A stretch of 64,000 nucleotides of DNA from Lytechinus pictus (taxonomy: Eukaryota). Below the pieces are notes generated by a model. That model had not been told where the DNA came from. It did no database searches and was given only the letters and a program-made list of their open reading frames with translations. The stretch is taken from assembly GCF_037042905.1 (NCBI RefSeq), contig NC_087252.1, forward strand, positions 24,616,001 through 24,680,000, in the 5' to 3' direction. This document shows, piece after piece, positions 38,860 through 52,553 of the stretch (the stretch's first letter is position 1; every line of letters starts with the position of its first letter). The position numbers were made by a program, and so were the translations under genes.

Positions 38860-40320
38860 GTGAACATGATGGGTATATGTATTATCTAAACAATATTGAT
38901 GCGAGCGAAAAGAGCGATATGAAAATTGTTCATATTCTTACCTAGAATTTGGAAAAATCTATGAGCACTTTTGGTAATCAAGAACAGGGTGGGTATCTAT
39001 CAACATTTTATGCGATCGCGAAGTGGAAGCTGACAATTTTTGAATTTCCAACCCAACACTGGACATTATAAGTACTTTTCACATGTGTTTTATAATCATG
39101 AACAGGATGGGTATCTAATTAAATAATTAATGCGAGCGCGAAGCGCGAGTTGAACATTTTTGATTTTCTGACATAAAATTTGGACATTCTAAGCACTATT
39201 GGGTAATCATGAACAGGATGGGTATCTAACAAATCATTTAATACGAGCGCGAGGCGCGAGCTTAATTTTTTTGATATTCCAACACAAAACTGGACATTCT
39301 AATTTGTAATCATGGAAAGGATGGGTATCTATTTAAACAATTGTTTGTGCGAGCGCGAGGCGCGAGCTTAAAAGTGATTGATATTCTGAACTAAAATTTT
39401 GACATTGACTAAGCACTTTTGGTAATCATGAACAGGATTGTCATCTAACTAAACAATATTGATGCGAGCGCAAAGAGCGAGATGAAAATTTTTCATATTC
39501 TTACCTAAAATTTGGATAAATCTATGAGCACTTTTGGTAATCAAGAACAGGGTGGGTATCTGTCAACATTTTATGCGATCGCGAAGTGCGAGCTGACAAT
39601 TTTTGAATTTCCAACCCAACACTGGACATGATAAGCACTTTTTATAACCATGAACAGGATAGGTATCTAGCTAAATAATTAATGCGAGCGCGAAGCGTGC
39701 GTTAAATTTTTTTGATATTCTGACCTAAAATTTGGACATTCTAAGCATTATTGGGTAATCATGAAAAGGATGGGTATCTAACAAATCATTTAATGCGAGC
39801 GTAAAATTTTTGGTATTCCGACCCAAAACTGGAAATTCTAAGCATATTTTATAGCCATGGAAAGGATGGGTATCTATTTAAACAATTGTGCGAGCGCGGA
39901 GCGCGAGCTTAAAAAGTTATTGATATTCTGGCCTATAATTTTGACATTGACTAAGCACTTTTGGTAATCATGAACAGGATTGTCATCTAACTAAACAATA
40001 TTGATGCGAGCGCAAAGAGCGAGATGAAAATTTGTCATATTCTTACCTAATATTTGGACATTCGAGTAAGCATTTTCGATTATCATGAACAAGATGAGCA
40101 CGAACAAAACAGTTTATGCGAGCGTGAAGCGCAAGCTGATTTTTTTTTTATATTTCGATCCAAAGTCGGACATTCTAAGCACTTATCTAACCATGAACAG
40201 GATCGTCACCTTACTAAACAATTAATGCGAGAACGTAGAGTAGGATGATTTTTTTTTGTATTCTGATCTAAAATTATAGGCACTTTTGGTAATCATGAAC
40301 AGGATGAGTATTTGATGCGA
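38860..40320. repeat. Tandem ~80-bp diverged units containing GCGAGCGCGAAGCGCGAG, with higher-order ~560-bp period; related arrays at ~41750-42300, 49380-50560 and 53250-54200
   Basis: Recurring ATCATGAACAGGAT...ATGCGAGCGCGAAGCGCGAG...GGACATTCTAAGCAC. Confidence 0.8.
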
Positions 40321-40324
40321 GCAA

Positions 40325-41085
40325 ACATGAATTTGGCGCCCACCCCCCTCCCTTGGTTAATTGAACCTGAATTTGGCGCACCGGGACAAACATAAAATAG
40401 GCGCCCTCGTGTGGTGAACATCCATTAGGCACCCCCTAGGTTGAACATCAATTCGGCACCCCCCTATGTCAAACATCGATTCGGCAACCCTATGAAAAAA
40501 ATCGATTCGGCGCCCCAGCCCCTAGGTTGAACATCAATTCGGCGCCCCCTCGGTGCCCCTATGTCGAATTTCAATGCAGCCCCCTCTTATGTCGAACATC
40601 TATACGGCGCCCTGAGGTAAAACATTAATTCGCCCCCCCCCCCTCCACCTAGGTTGAACATCAATTTGCCACCCCCTATGTTGAACATCAATTCGGTGCC
40701 CCCCTATGTCAAACATCTATTCGGCAACACTATGGAAAATATCGATTCGGCGCCCCAGCCCCTAGTTTGAACATCAATTCGGCGCCCCCTCGGTGCCCCT
40801 ATGCCGAACTTCAATGCAGCTCCTCCTATGTGGAACATCTATACGGCGCCCCGAGGTAAAACATTAATTCGCCCCCCCCCCCCCACCTAGGCTGAACATC
40901 AATTGGCACCCCCTAGGTCGAACATCAATTCGGCGCCTCCCTAATTCGGACATCAAGTCGATGCCCCCAATGTCGAACATCAATTCGGCTCCCCTATCTA
41001 TGTTGGACTTAAATTCGGCGCCCCTATAGGTCGATTATCAATTGGGCACCCCCCTCCCTAGGGCGAACATCAATTCGGCGCTCCC
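40325..41085. repeat. ~23-bp minisatellite (GAACATCAATTCGGCGCCCCCT) with ~240-bp higher-order duplication
   Basis: Read directly. Confidence 0.85.
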
Positions 41086-44000
41086 CTTTCCCTCTTTTGT
41101 TTTCCTCCTCTCTTTCTTTCCCCCTTTTCTCTTTCTATTGTTCTTTCCCTCATTTTTTCTCCCCTTTTCTCCCTATTTTTGGCGCCCCTTTTTCGCCTAC
41201 CCGGGGGGGGGGGGCGCGCCCCGAGGGCCCTCGAATACGCGCATGGTGGAGCTACGGATATAGAGAAATAAGGACAAAGATGTAATGCAAATATAAGAAC
41301 TCTTGAAATATTTTACATTTTCTAGGCAAACAAGAATCCAAAGCGTATAAATAATGCCCGGCTGAATAGACCTCCGTTTGCATCCTGTTTGATATGCTCG
41401 CGTTTAAATAAAATTTCCTGCAAGTTCCATTGCAGGCTAAATAAAGGGCAGAAGTAAAAGTTTTTTCTTTGAGAGGGGGGAATGACGATAAATAAAAATA
41501 CCAGCAAGTGCGATGGGTGATAATCAGGGGCGGCGGAACGTATTTTCATTTGGGGGGCAAAAGAGGGCATTAATATGTGTTTTTTATGCAATTGAAATTT
41601 TCACCATGAGATTATCATCTGCGTTAAGTAGTTGTGCGTTTTATACTAATTAAGTTGAGCAAAGCCTTTTTGAAGTCTTTTCTGATTGGTTAAATATGTA
41701 ATCAGGCTTTATTTTTCCGGGAGCGAGCGTAGCAAGCAAGTGGTTGGAAACATTTTCAAATCTGAAGTTGTGAAACTCGCTTTTTGGTCAATTATTACCG
41801 CGCAAATTATTGTTAAAAGAGCATCCTTGCGAGATGTTGTGAGCGCAAATCGCGGGCTCAAAATTTTGGACATTGCATGTACTAATAAGACCTGAAAATC
41901 AAGCATTCCGAGCAATTGTTTTTGTTGTCATGAAAAAGATGTGTATGTAACTGAATAATGGACGCGAGTGTGATATTCCAACCTGAAAACTGGACAATCT
42001 AAGCACTTTTTGAAACCAATAAATAATAATTGATGCGAGCGCGAGCCGAAAATTTGTGATATTTCAACCTGATGGACATTCTAAGTTTTGAAACCAAGAA
42101 TAAACAATAATTGATGCAAGCGGAAAGCGCGAGCTGAAAATTTGTGATATTCAAACTTGAAAATTGAACATTGTAAGCAGAAGTTGTAACCAAAACACTT
42201 GCACCCCTCTCCCAAAAAAAATCCCAGTAGGGAAAAAATGGAAAGTGCCCTTCTTTCAAAATGATGTGAGTGCGAAGCGCGAGCCAAAATTTTTGTGATT
42301 TTCTAACCTAAAATGTATTGTTTGACTTCAAAAAAGGTATTTTATTTTGAAAAGGGGCACACATCATTTGAAAGAAGGGCACTTTCCATTTTGAAAAAAA
42401 AAGATTTTTTTCCTACTGGGATTTTTTTTTTGGGGGGGGTGCAAGTGCTCTCTGCCCCCCCCTCCCCCCCCCCCCCCCCCCGGTGCTAATATGGCCTTGG
42501 GTTAAAATTTTTAATGTAAGTTGAAACTGGTATTAACAAAACATGTTGGTTTGACTGCATCAAATTTTGATAACGATGGTTTTCTTTAAAATATATATTT
42601 TTTACCATTTCGATCCATTACATGTTTGCATTTATTTTGTTATTGTCCGTTGACATGCCCAGCGCTTAGAAGTCGTGCCAAAACGTGATTTTGCATAGAG
42701 CACATTCGCTGAACCATCATCGGAACTTCGGAATAACAAATAAATGGAAGACCCCTTCCCCAAATAATTCCGCCTAGCTGTATGTCCTCGATATATCTCT
42801 CCATGATACGTACGCAATTTTATTCGCCAAGCCCAGAGGACCAAGGAGGAGTGGGGTGAAGGGGGAGGCACCTAGGAGACGTCATCATCAATTTCACTGA
42901 GAAAACCGTACTAAAGTTTTGGTCACAAAGTTGGACTAAGTCAAACGTGATACTTGTTTAGTATATACTACCATAACAAGTTGAAAAGAAAAATACAAAT
43001 AGAAACTTTCGGGGGGGGGGGGGTTAATCGATGTTACATAAACATCAATTGCTTATAATATACAGGCCTGACGTACCGGTATCATAGGCGGATCCAGGAG
43101 GCCAACGGGGCGCCCCCACCCCCGGTGCATAATAGGGGGAAAGAAAGGGAAACAAAAGCAGAGGGTGGGGGGAGAAGAAAAAATATAAGGAGGAAGAATG
43201 AATAAAATAAGGTGAGGGTAATTCAGACTTGGGGGGGGGGGAACCATGTCACTGCATAAAACAATTAGCCCGCGCTTCGTGTTCGCATTGCCTCAGGTTC
43301 GATGGAATATCTATTTATCAATATATTGATTTATTCATTCATTCAGTCATATTTAAAAAGGTTCACAAGATCAGAGTTGTAATTACTGTTTTTTTTTCAT
43401 CTTGGTCCTTGTATAATAAAACATAGTAAAATAGCGATTACAATAAAAAGGTATTATTCATATCAAATTAAAGAAATATCAGCTAATCGATATAAACAAA
43501 AACAGGCCTTAGTAAAACAAACAAGGGAACTACCATATACTAATTCAAATGCTTGAGCGCAGTTAGCCCAGCTAAAGCCGGGGTATCAGCATGGCCCGCT
43601 GGGAGAACAGTTTACGGAACTGAAGTCGCTATACCCGGTGCACCATAGGCCCTACGTACCGTTATGATCAGAGGCAGATTTAGGATTTTTCAAAGGGGGG
43701 GGGGGCACATTTTCCCGAGGAAAATTTGACAAGCAAAAAAAAATGATTATATCGATAGATTTTTACATAAGAAATATTGATTGTGCCTCTGAAGGGGGGG
43801 GGGGGCGGGGGCACAGCCGGCACGTGCTGCATGGATCCGTCAATTTTCAGGACACAATACACGATTTCCGAAAATTTTACCTCGCGCTCGCATTTTTTAT
43901 AGGGCTTATGAGTAACTGTTACGAATATATAGATACAAAAAAAAATAGCTTTGAGCTGCGGATCGATCGGGGAAAATATTTTTCAACCCCCCTCCCTCTT

Positions 44001-45629
44001 TATTAGTGAAAGCTGGATCCGCCCCTGGATATTGTAAAAAAAAACACTAGGCCACGCGGTATTTGTCCAATTTAATTGATAAATACGTTGAGGCAGTATA
44101 TTGACGAATTCAGTGGTGGAGAGCTATAGGACACACAAAGCAAATAACGAAATTGGCGGCCAAGCTAGTTCAATACAAAATGATTTCTAATTTTTCCTTT
44201 AAAAAAAATGTAGCATAGGCCTATTATTCAAACAATTAAGAAATTACAACGTACTACACGTGATAATTTAATGAACACATCAAAATACAGAACCTGAAGA
44301 AAATGATAACAATTCAGTGAATCGGAAACAAAACAAAAATACATATAAAAAACTAGAAAAAATATAATAAATAAGAATATAGCCCTTTCTCTCCCTTGCA
44401 CCTTTCTCCCTCCCTCCCTCCCTCCATACCCTGGAGAAATAGAGAAACAATACAAATCAACGAAGCAAAGATGAAAGCAAGGAAAAAGCCGTCAGACTTT
44501 GTTTTCAATGTACACGCTTTCTACGAAATGCAATAGAAACCGGGAAAGAAACCCGTGCATTCACGGTGTACAGACTCCGTACCCGCCCGTGCGTCTGTAC
44601 CGTGCATCGGCACGCGCACTTGATTGAGACTCGCGCAGAGGCGAGAGCTAGAGATATGAATATTCATGAGCAGGTATTGATGTCATTTGGTCTCAAGGTG
44701 GCGCTCTTCATTTTTTATGTTAGTTCGAAAAATAAATCAAAAAAAGCTCACTCGGCAAATCTTCTCATCTTTATATATTTTTTTGAGAATAAAAACAGTT
44801 CTTTCTGGCCAATGCAATACATTGTATGGACTCAGAACTTGTTTATGAATATCGTGGAAAGCAAAGAGTGAAATTTAAAAGAAAGTTTTGAAATAAACCA
44901 ATGACACAATTTACCTTTAAATAGATCCTCCATAATAGGGGGTTATCGAATGCTAGATTACACAAAATCAGAGGAAATCAAATAGCATTTAGATTTCAAA
45001 AAAAGCTGAGTTTTTATTTTCCCTTTGTAATTAAATGATCAAACCTCAATTCCAGATTAATAGTAGATCAACCTTTTATTTTCTAATGCTTTTTTTTTTT
45101 TCTATACCGGCTCCCACGCGCCACTCCGGAAGGCTCGGTGCGCCACAAGTGGCGGGCGCCCCACCATTTGAGAATCCCTGCTCTAGCCTGTGTGGCAGGC
45201 ATGCGTGCATGGATCTCCATGCTGTGCACACTATCCCCGATCAAACTCTGAATCAAAGTGAACAAGCTCACATGAAAAATATTTTTTCCAACAAAATAAT
45301 CACAAAATCTGCGGGAAATTTTTTATACCTTTATGGATTCTCAGATTACTGATTTGGTGATGTGATTGGAGGAGCAAGTTATTGAGTTTTCATAACTAGT
45401 TTCAGCCGTTGTTTTTAGTGTTGTTGTGATTGGTGTAGTGGGAAGAAGATGCTTGCAAGTCCTCGATGCCGCAATGATTCATATGATTTTTAAGTTTGTC
45501 AATGTTTCTCTGTGAAATTTTATTCATTTCTAAAACATAATTTTCCAACAATTTTTAAAATATATTTTAAACAAATATCAGCAAGATTTTCGTTAGATGA
45601 TTGCATGTTTTGTTTTGTTTCAAATTTGA

Positions 45630-46375
45630 GCTTTCTTCCTCTTTCTTTTTTTTTCTTCCTCCCTTCCTTCCTTACTTGCTACCTTCCTCCCTTTCTTTCT
45701 TTCTATCCTTTCTTCATCCTTTCTTCTATCTTTCCCGCTTGCCTTTTTTTTGTTCCATCTGTCTTTCTTGTCACTCTTTCCTAGCCTTCTTTCCTGATCT
45801 TTTTTTTCTCTCTCTGTTTATTTTTCTTTCATTCCTTCATTTTCTTACATGTACTTTCCTTCTTCCTTTTTTTTTTCTTCATTTTTTCTTTCCTCTAATT
45901 TTTCTTTGCTTCCTTCTCCCTTCCTCTCATTTTTTTGTTCTTTCTTTCCTTCATTCTTCCATTATTTTCTTTTTTTTTAATTCTCTCTTCACTTCATTCT
46001 TATTCCTTCCACTAAAGTTTAATCCTTTCTTTCATTCTTTATTTTCTTCTTTCCTTCTCTTTTTCCTTTTTTGCTATTTCCTTCCTTCCTGTTTTTCCCC
46101 TCTCTTCCTTTAAAAAATGAAGAAATCTTTTTTCCTTCATTCTCTCTTTCATCCCTTTTTCTTTCTTTCTTTTCCCCCTTTTTTATTTCTTTCCATTCTT
46201 TCTTTCACCCATTAATTCATTTTCCCCTTCTTTCCTGTTCTTTTCTTTCCGTTTTTCTTTATTAATTTCAAAGTATGAAGGAAACCTTTTTTCTTTCTTT
46301 GTTCTCCATTCATCTCTTTTCTTTCCTTTTTCCTTTCTCTCCTTCATTCTTTCCTTCATTCTTTCCTTCACCCAT
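45630..46375. repeat. CT-rich low-complexity tract
   Basis: Almost purely pyrimidine on the + strand. Confidence 0.85.
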
Positions 46376-49300
46376 TCGTCAGACCTGCCAACCTCTGGGA
46401 ATGAAAAATTGTATTCTGTGATAAAAAAAGTGCATTTTTCCCCAAAAAAGTGTATTTCATAATAATATGCGTGGCGCACTCGCTCATCGCGGCGCTCAAG
46501 CTGCATGCCAGCTAAAATGTGCACTGCTCTTGCAGATGAAAAAAAAAAAACATTTAAACATGTGTATATCTCACCCTGGTTTTAACAAAATGATTGAAAA
46601 AAAAAAAAGTAACCTGAAATAACATTGATCTAATAACCATATTTGTGTAAGTTTTATGAAATAGAGACATATAGAGATGATTTTTCTCAATAAATTACGA
46701 TTTTGTAAAAAAAATTAAAAAAATGGCCGATCGACACCGAGGCTATATAGCGCTAGCGCACAGACTTGGCCAAATTCGCGCGTTATTCGCAAGTTATCGA
46801 GACCCCAATCTTCCCCAGTCTTGTGTCTAGAGTCTAAAATAAATGCACGGTGGACTCTGGGCTGGAGCTCCCTGGGCTAACACTTTTAACAGTAACAGAG
46901 AGGCTGACAGGCTGTGCAAAACATGAAGCCTTGCTTATGACATGTCATGTGTTATGATGACTGAAAAACAAAGACTACGCACAGAGAAAACGTTCGCCCC
47001 TAGGCAGAGAGTTCGTCCGCTCAACACGATGTATTTATATTTGCCTGTGGAAAAAAACCCTGGCCTGAAATTAGGGATCCCAAAACGAAAATCTAATTTT
47101 TGAAATCTATGTTTAAAAGCATTGAAAAGTACCTCACCTGAATCAGCATATTCAAAAACCCCAAGTGAATGACTTTTAGTGTTCCAAAGAGATCTAAATA
47201 TCTGTTAATCTGAGGCGAAATTAGGTCCGAATTGTGACAGATTTGTGTACAAATTTCTCTTTGAAATTTGGTCGACACGTACGGCACAGAGCTCGGCACT
47301 GAACGAGGGATTGTGGGCGTGTCCTTTATCGTCTCGGTCTATTATTACGCAAATACACAACTCGAACGAAAGTACGTTCACCGTATCAGTTAGTCTCGGA
47401 TCCGAGCTTATACAAATAAACAATGATTAAATAACAAGAAAATAATAGAAAGAAGAGAAAAGGGAAAATGAATGGCTCAAATGCAGTCGTTTGGTGACGG
47501 ATAGTATGCTCTGACCTCTTGCTGATATAAGGATTAGATATGACATAAGTTTTATGCCATGATAACTAAAGCATGGGGGGGGGCGAGGGCACTCTGACTT
47601 TCAAAATAATTAACTATTTAAACATCTATATCTAGGCAATTAAGGGAGGGTCCGGGATTTCCAAAGGGGGGGGGGGCACTATTAGCCATGTTAGCGGTGG
47701 CAGTCAAAAAATTTAGGGGGGCACCAACATTTTTGACAAAAAAAGGTTATCAAAGGGGGGGGGGCCGAAAAAAAATTTAGCCCCCCAAAAAGCTAACAAC
47801 ATCCCCCATAGGCAGCGGGGGGGGGGGGTGTGCCCCCCTAAATTTGAGGTGGGGGGACGATCGTCCCCCCCCCCTAATTTTTTGTTGATAACCTTTTTTT
47901 TTGCTTGTCAATTTTTTTTTCCTGCGTGCATGCCCCCTAAATTCCAGTGGACCACCCTAAAAAATTCATGTGGTCTCCCCTAAAATTTGGGTTGATAAAC
48001 TTTTTTGGGGGAGGGGGCTTGTCACAAAATTTTGGTGGTCCCCCTCCCTAAATTTTTGATTTCCGCTGCCAATGGTCCCCACCTAAAATTTAGGGGGGAC
48101 ATGGCCTATGGAGGGCACATTTTCCCGATGCAAATTTGATGAGCATTACAAAATATTTTTTTACCAAAAATTGAAAGTCATTTCGTCCATAAAAATTGAC
48201 AAGCAAAAAAAATAGGGCATATATATATATATCCTCACTTTCAAGGGGGCATGCTTGGGTAAAAAGGGCATGCTTATATTACAAATTACAATTTTGGCTC
48301 TCGATAATTATGCCCCTTGGATCCACCAGTAATCTAAGGGGAATTTTTTGTTTTTAGTTTTGATATGGCTACCTTCTCGGAGGGCGTCCTCGCCGCGGTA
48401 GCTGGATAGTGCTGCAAAAGAGTAGGCCTTATACATCTTTTGCAGCATTAACTGACACTCCGAGACTTATAATTTTACCTTATACTTAAAAAATGAATAA
48501 TAAAAAATAAAACATAAACACTTGTTTTTAGAGTAAGTTGATGCAAAATATATTCAGTCTGGGGCATGAAGACTTGGAACTCTGCCCCATATCATTGTGC
48601 TTGCCTCGCTCGATTTGTATCATTAAAAAAAAAAAAAAAATGTTTCCACATTAAAATTTTGATCTAAGTACAATGGCCAGAAATAATAGTACGAATAAGC
48701 TAGCAGAATTTGTATCATATTACCCATATTATTGAACGCCAACGAAGGCAGTTTCTAAATCCTGTTTGCTTTATTCCACTTTTCCACTAAGATTCATCCC
48801 TTTTGCGTGTCATATGAAAGCAGTTTTGTGCGCAGATCTAGCGTACCGGTAGGACCACATGCAGTCATTAATAGGTCTCTTTAATTTTTTTTCCAACAAT
48901 TGATGTCTCATGCTTTCTTTAAAATTAATAAATTAGAATCCTTGTATATGGCCCTGGGAAGTGGGGTGCTCGGGTTGTGACCCCCAAGTTTTTTTGTTTT
49001 TTTTTAGCTGGTGGTGCGTTTTTTGTACACGTATATAGTTTAAAACAGGAAGAAGAATGACATTGATTTTTGTACCGCATTATTTTCATTAATAATTTTA
49101 TTGGTAGAAATAAGGTAGAAATAAAATTAAAAAAACATTTTTCAAAACTATTCCGCGGCTCCTGGAAGAATGGAGAGATGGACGGAAGGAGAGAAATAAA
49201 TAGGATGAAGGGGTGGATCCAGCTTTCGCCAAAGGGGGGGGGGGGCAATTTTTTTTTCACCATTATTTTTCCCCAATCGGCCGCGCGAATATGATTTATA

Positions 49301-50970
49301 TTTGTTTCTATGAAGAAATTGTCACTTCTTAGCTTTTGTCTTATAAATCAACATAAATATATGATATCATAACCCTTTTTATATAATGCGAGCTAATTTA
49401 TTAAAAAAATTATGTTTTTCCCCAAAGTTTGAAATTTCTGGGCAATGTTTATCATGAAAAAGATGTGTATGCAACTAAATAATTACTAAGAACGCGAAGT
49501 GCGAACAGAATTGAAATCATAGGCACTTTTTGTAACTTAAACAGGATAGGTATATAACTTAGCAATATTGATGCGAAGCGCGGGCACAAAATTGGAAGAT
49601 TTAGACCTAAAAACGAGACATGTCTAGTCATGTCTTTTAAATCATCATGGAAAAGGATGTCAAATTGCCGATCTTTGTTACTTTAATAATACTCGCGCAA
49701 AGCGCGAGCATAATATTTTTGTATACGTTTTGAACTGATCAAAAAGGTACCTGTTAAGGACTGCTTATTTCACTTAGCCATGGAGACGTTACGTATTTCA
49801 ACAATAAAATAATGCAAGCGCGAGCCGATTTTTTTTTTACACTTCTACATAAAGAATGGAAAATTTTAATCGATTATTGTGACCATGAACAGGATCGTCG
49901 CTATAAAACAATTAATGCGAGCGCGAAGCGCGAGCGGGAAAAAAAATCGAGATTTAGACCTAAAAAATGGGACACTCTATTCATGTTTTGTATAATAAGG
50001 ATGAGTAATAGGGGTTCTTCCTACATAAAAAATGCGAGCACAAAGCGCTAGCAGAATTTTGTTTTTCAGAAACTGGATAATGATTGAAATACTAACAAGT
50101 TGAGTATCTAGATAGACATGCGCTCGCGTGTTTCCGATTTAGGCCTACAATCTAGCCATTCTGAATATATATTTTAACATGAAATTGAAAATCAAAGCGA
50201 GCGCGAAGCGCGACCTTAAAATATTTGACATTCTGATCTGAAAAAGGGGTCAATTTCAGCTCAAGTACTTTGTGAGGTGGATTTGGATCGCACTTAATAA
50301 AGAGCTGATAGATTTGACAAAGGACCGGGACATGAAAGTGATGAATATCTTCCTATTCCTCTTGCTAAGCGCGAGATGAAACAGAAAGGACAATTAAACC
50401 ATTAAAATTAATATCTGATCTATAAATGCCTAATGAGACGCGAAATCTGATGATAACATGGTATGAAAACTGGAAATTTCAAGCACTTTTGTAATTATGA
50501 ATATGATGTATCAGGTAATATTTTTAACCGTTTATGCGAGCGCAAGTCGCGAGCCAAAATTTTTATAAGGCCAAGTCACAAGGATTACCCTCCTTTTAAC
50601 TGCCATTATCAATATGTTACTACATTATAAATCATGTATTTACTCTACATATGCATTAAATTCTGTGAATCCCATAATCTTGAACCATTAATGCTTCTTT
50701 CTTTGACCCATGCTTTTTCTGCCCATTTATCTCTTGAGTGTTTTTTTTTCTCTCTCTCAAGGTGTGTATGGCACATTGAGGAGTATAGAATCATGTTGGA
50801 GATATTGAAAGGGGTAGAATAATTGAATGAAATTTATGGGGGGGGGGCAAAGATGTTGAGACAGAAAGGGGGTTTGAGAGAAAAGAGGGGAATTAACTAT
50901 AAAGGAACAGCAGTCAGGAGAGGGAAAGAGAGAGAGAGAGGGGGGGGGGGAGGAAATCGAAGGAAGATAT

Positions 50971-52553
50971 TTACCTTACCTTACCTTACCGCAAATACTG
51001 GAAGAATGCTGAATTAGCAGTCGAGCTTCCAGGTCTATCTTCTAATTTTGTCAGCTTCCTTCATGCTTCAATAAGTTTCAATAAGTTTAAGGAGGCAGTG
51101 GGGCAAGTTGGTGAAAATTGACTTCTCATATCCAGTTAAGAGTAGTGGGAATCATAATGCTTATCTTTCCAGTGTCGGTCTAGCCTGATTTTGAAGGTGT
51201 CTACTGTGGGAGCTTCAACTACCTCAGCTGGGAGAGAGTTCCAATCATTGACTACTCGGTGACTAAAAGCTTGCTTTCTCACATTTGTTCTGCATCTTGG
51301 CTTTACAAGTTTGAACCTATGACCTCTTGTAGTACTGTCAGCTAGCTGAAAAAAGTGGTCTGGGTTAAGCCTGTCGACTTCATGAGTGATCTTATACACT
51401 TGAATCATGTCACCTCTCTTTCTTCTGTACTCCAAGGATGGTAAGTTCAGGTGTTTAAGCCTTTCCTTGTATGGAAGATGTTTGATCCTGGAGATTACTT
51501 TGGTTGCTCTCTTCTGAACTCTCTCGACAGCCTTAGCATCAGCAATGTACTGTGGTGACCAGATGACATTTCCATATTCCAGGAGTGGCCGCACTAACCC
51601 TTTAAATAGTTTGGGGATAGTGGTCGAATCAAGACACTGGAAAGTACGTCTGATGCTGATTAGTACCCCGTTTGCCTTATTGACAGCATTTGACACTTGC
51701 TTGTGGAATTTTAGATCGTCGTCAATGATGATCCCTAAATCCTTTTCTTCTCTAACTGCATTCAGTGCTGTACTCCCGATGTTGTAGTGCTCTCTTTGGT
51801 CACCTGATCCAAGATGCAAAACACTGCACTTGTCAGTGTTGAATTGAAGTTGCCACTTTGAGGACCAGTCCATCAGTGAGTGCAAACTTGCTTGAAAAAC
51901 TTCACATTGATTTGGAGAGGAGACAGAAGAGAAGGCCTTAGTGTCGTCTGCATAGATCCTTAGAGTGGATTCCATAACATCAGAAAGATCATTGATGTAC
52001 AACACAAACAATGTCGGGCCGAGCACGCTACCCTGGGGCACCCCGCTCTTTACCGTGCACCACTGAGATCTGGCATTGTTTACAACTACCCTCTGGGTTC
52101 GGCCACTGAGAAAATCAGCAATCCAAGTTTTGAAGCTCCCTTGAATGTTGTATGCATCTAGTTTTGCCACAAGACGTTGATGGGGTACACTGTCAAAGGC
52201 CTTTCTAAAATCTAGGTAGACAACATCAACCTTTTCACCTTTATCCAGTAAGGATGTCCAGTCCTCTAGTGTCTGGAGCAGCTGTGTAACAGTTGATCTA
52301 CCTGGGACAAATCCATGTTGGGAATCGCTGATTAGTTCATTCTCCATCAGATGATCAACGATCTTGTCTCTGATCAGCGACTCCATGATCTTACAGGGTA
52401 CTGAAGTCAAACTTATTGGTCGATAATTAGTGGCTTCAGACTTGTTTCCCTTCTTGTAAACTGGAACAACGTGACTTGCTTTCCATGCTGAAGGAAGCTT
52501 GCCTTCTTTGAACGACTTAGTGTAGATGATGGCCAATGGTGTACACACTGAAG
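50971..52553 (-). mobile_element. 5'-truncated CR1-type non-LTR retrotransposon
   Basis: RT ORF followed by 3' UTR and a (GGTAA)4 tail at 50971-50990. Confidence 0.9.
51136..52548 (-). CDS. LINE ORF2 C-terminal fragment (reverse transcriptase), no endonuclease domain
   Basis: NYRPISLTS, QHGF, YLDFRKAFDSV, SGVPQGSVLGP, YADD, EKDLG, TRGH, VNDWNSLP. Confidence 0.9.
   Translation of the reverse strand: MCTPLAIIYTKSFKEGKLPSAWKASHVVPVYKKGNKSEATNYRPISLTSVPCKIMESLIRDKIVDHLMENELISDSQHGFVPGRSTVTQLLQTLEDWTSLLDKGEKVDVVYLDFRKAFDSVPHQRLVAKLDAYNIQGSFKTWIADFLSGRTQRVVVNNARSQWCTVKSGVPQGSVLGPTLFVLYINDLSDVMESTLRIYADDTKAFSSVSSPNQCEVFQASLHSLMDWSSKWQLQFNTDKCSVLHLGSGDQREHYNIGSTALNAVREEKDLGIIIDDDLKFHKQVSNAVNKANGVLISIRRTFQCLDSTTIPKLFKGLVRPLLEYGNVIWSPQYIADAKAVERVQKRATKVISRIKHLPYKERLKHLNLPSLEYRRKRGDMIQVYKITHEVDRLNPDHFFQLADSTTRGHRFKLVKPRCRTNVRKQAFSHRVVNDWNSLPAEVVEAPTVDTFKIRLDRHWKDKHYDSHYS

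Noticed and set aside
45512..46524. Hydrophobic Phe/Leu/Ser ORFs (also 11439-11867 and 60996-61416)
   Set aside because: Polypyrimidine low complexity, not membrane proteins
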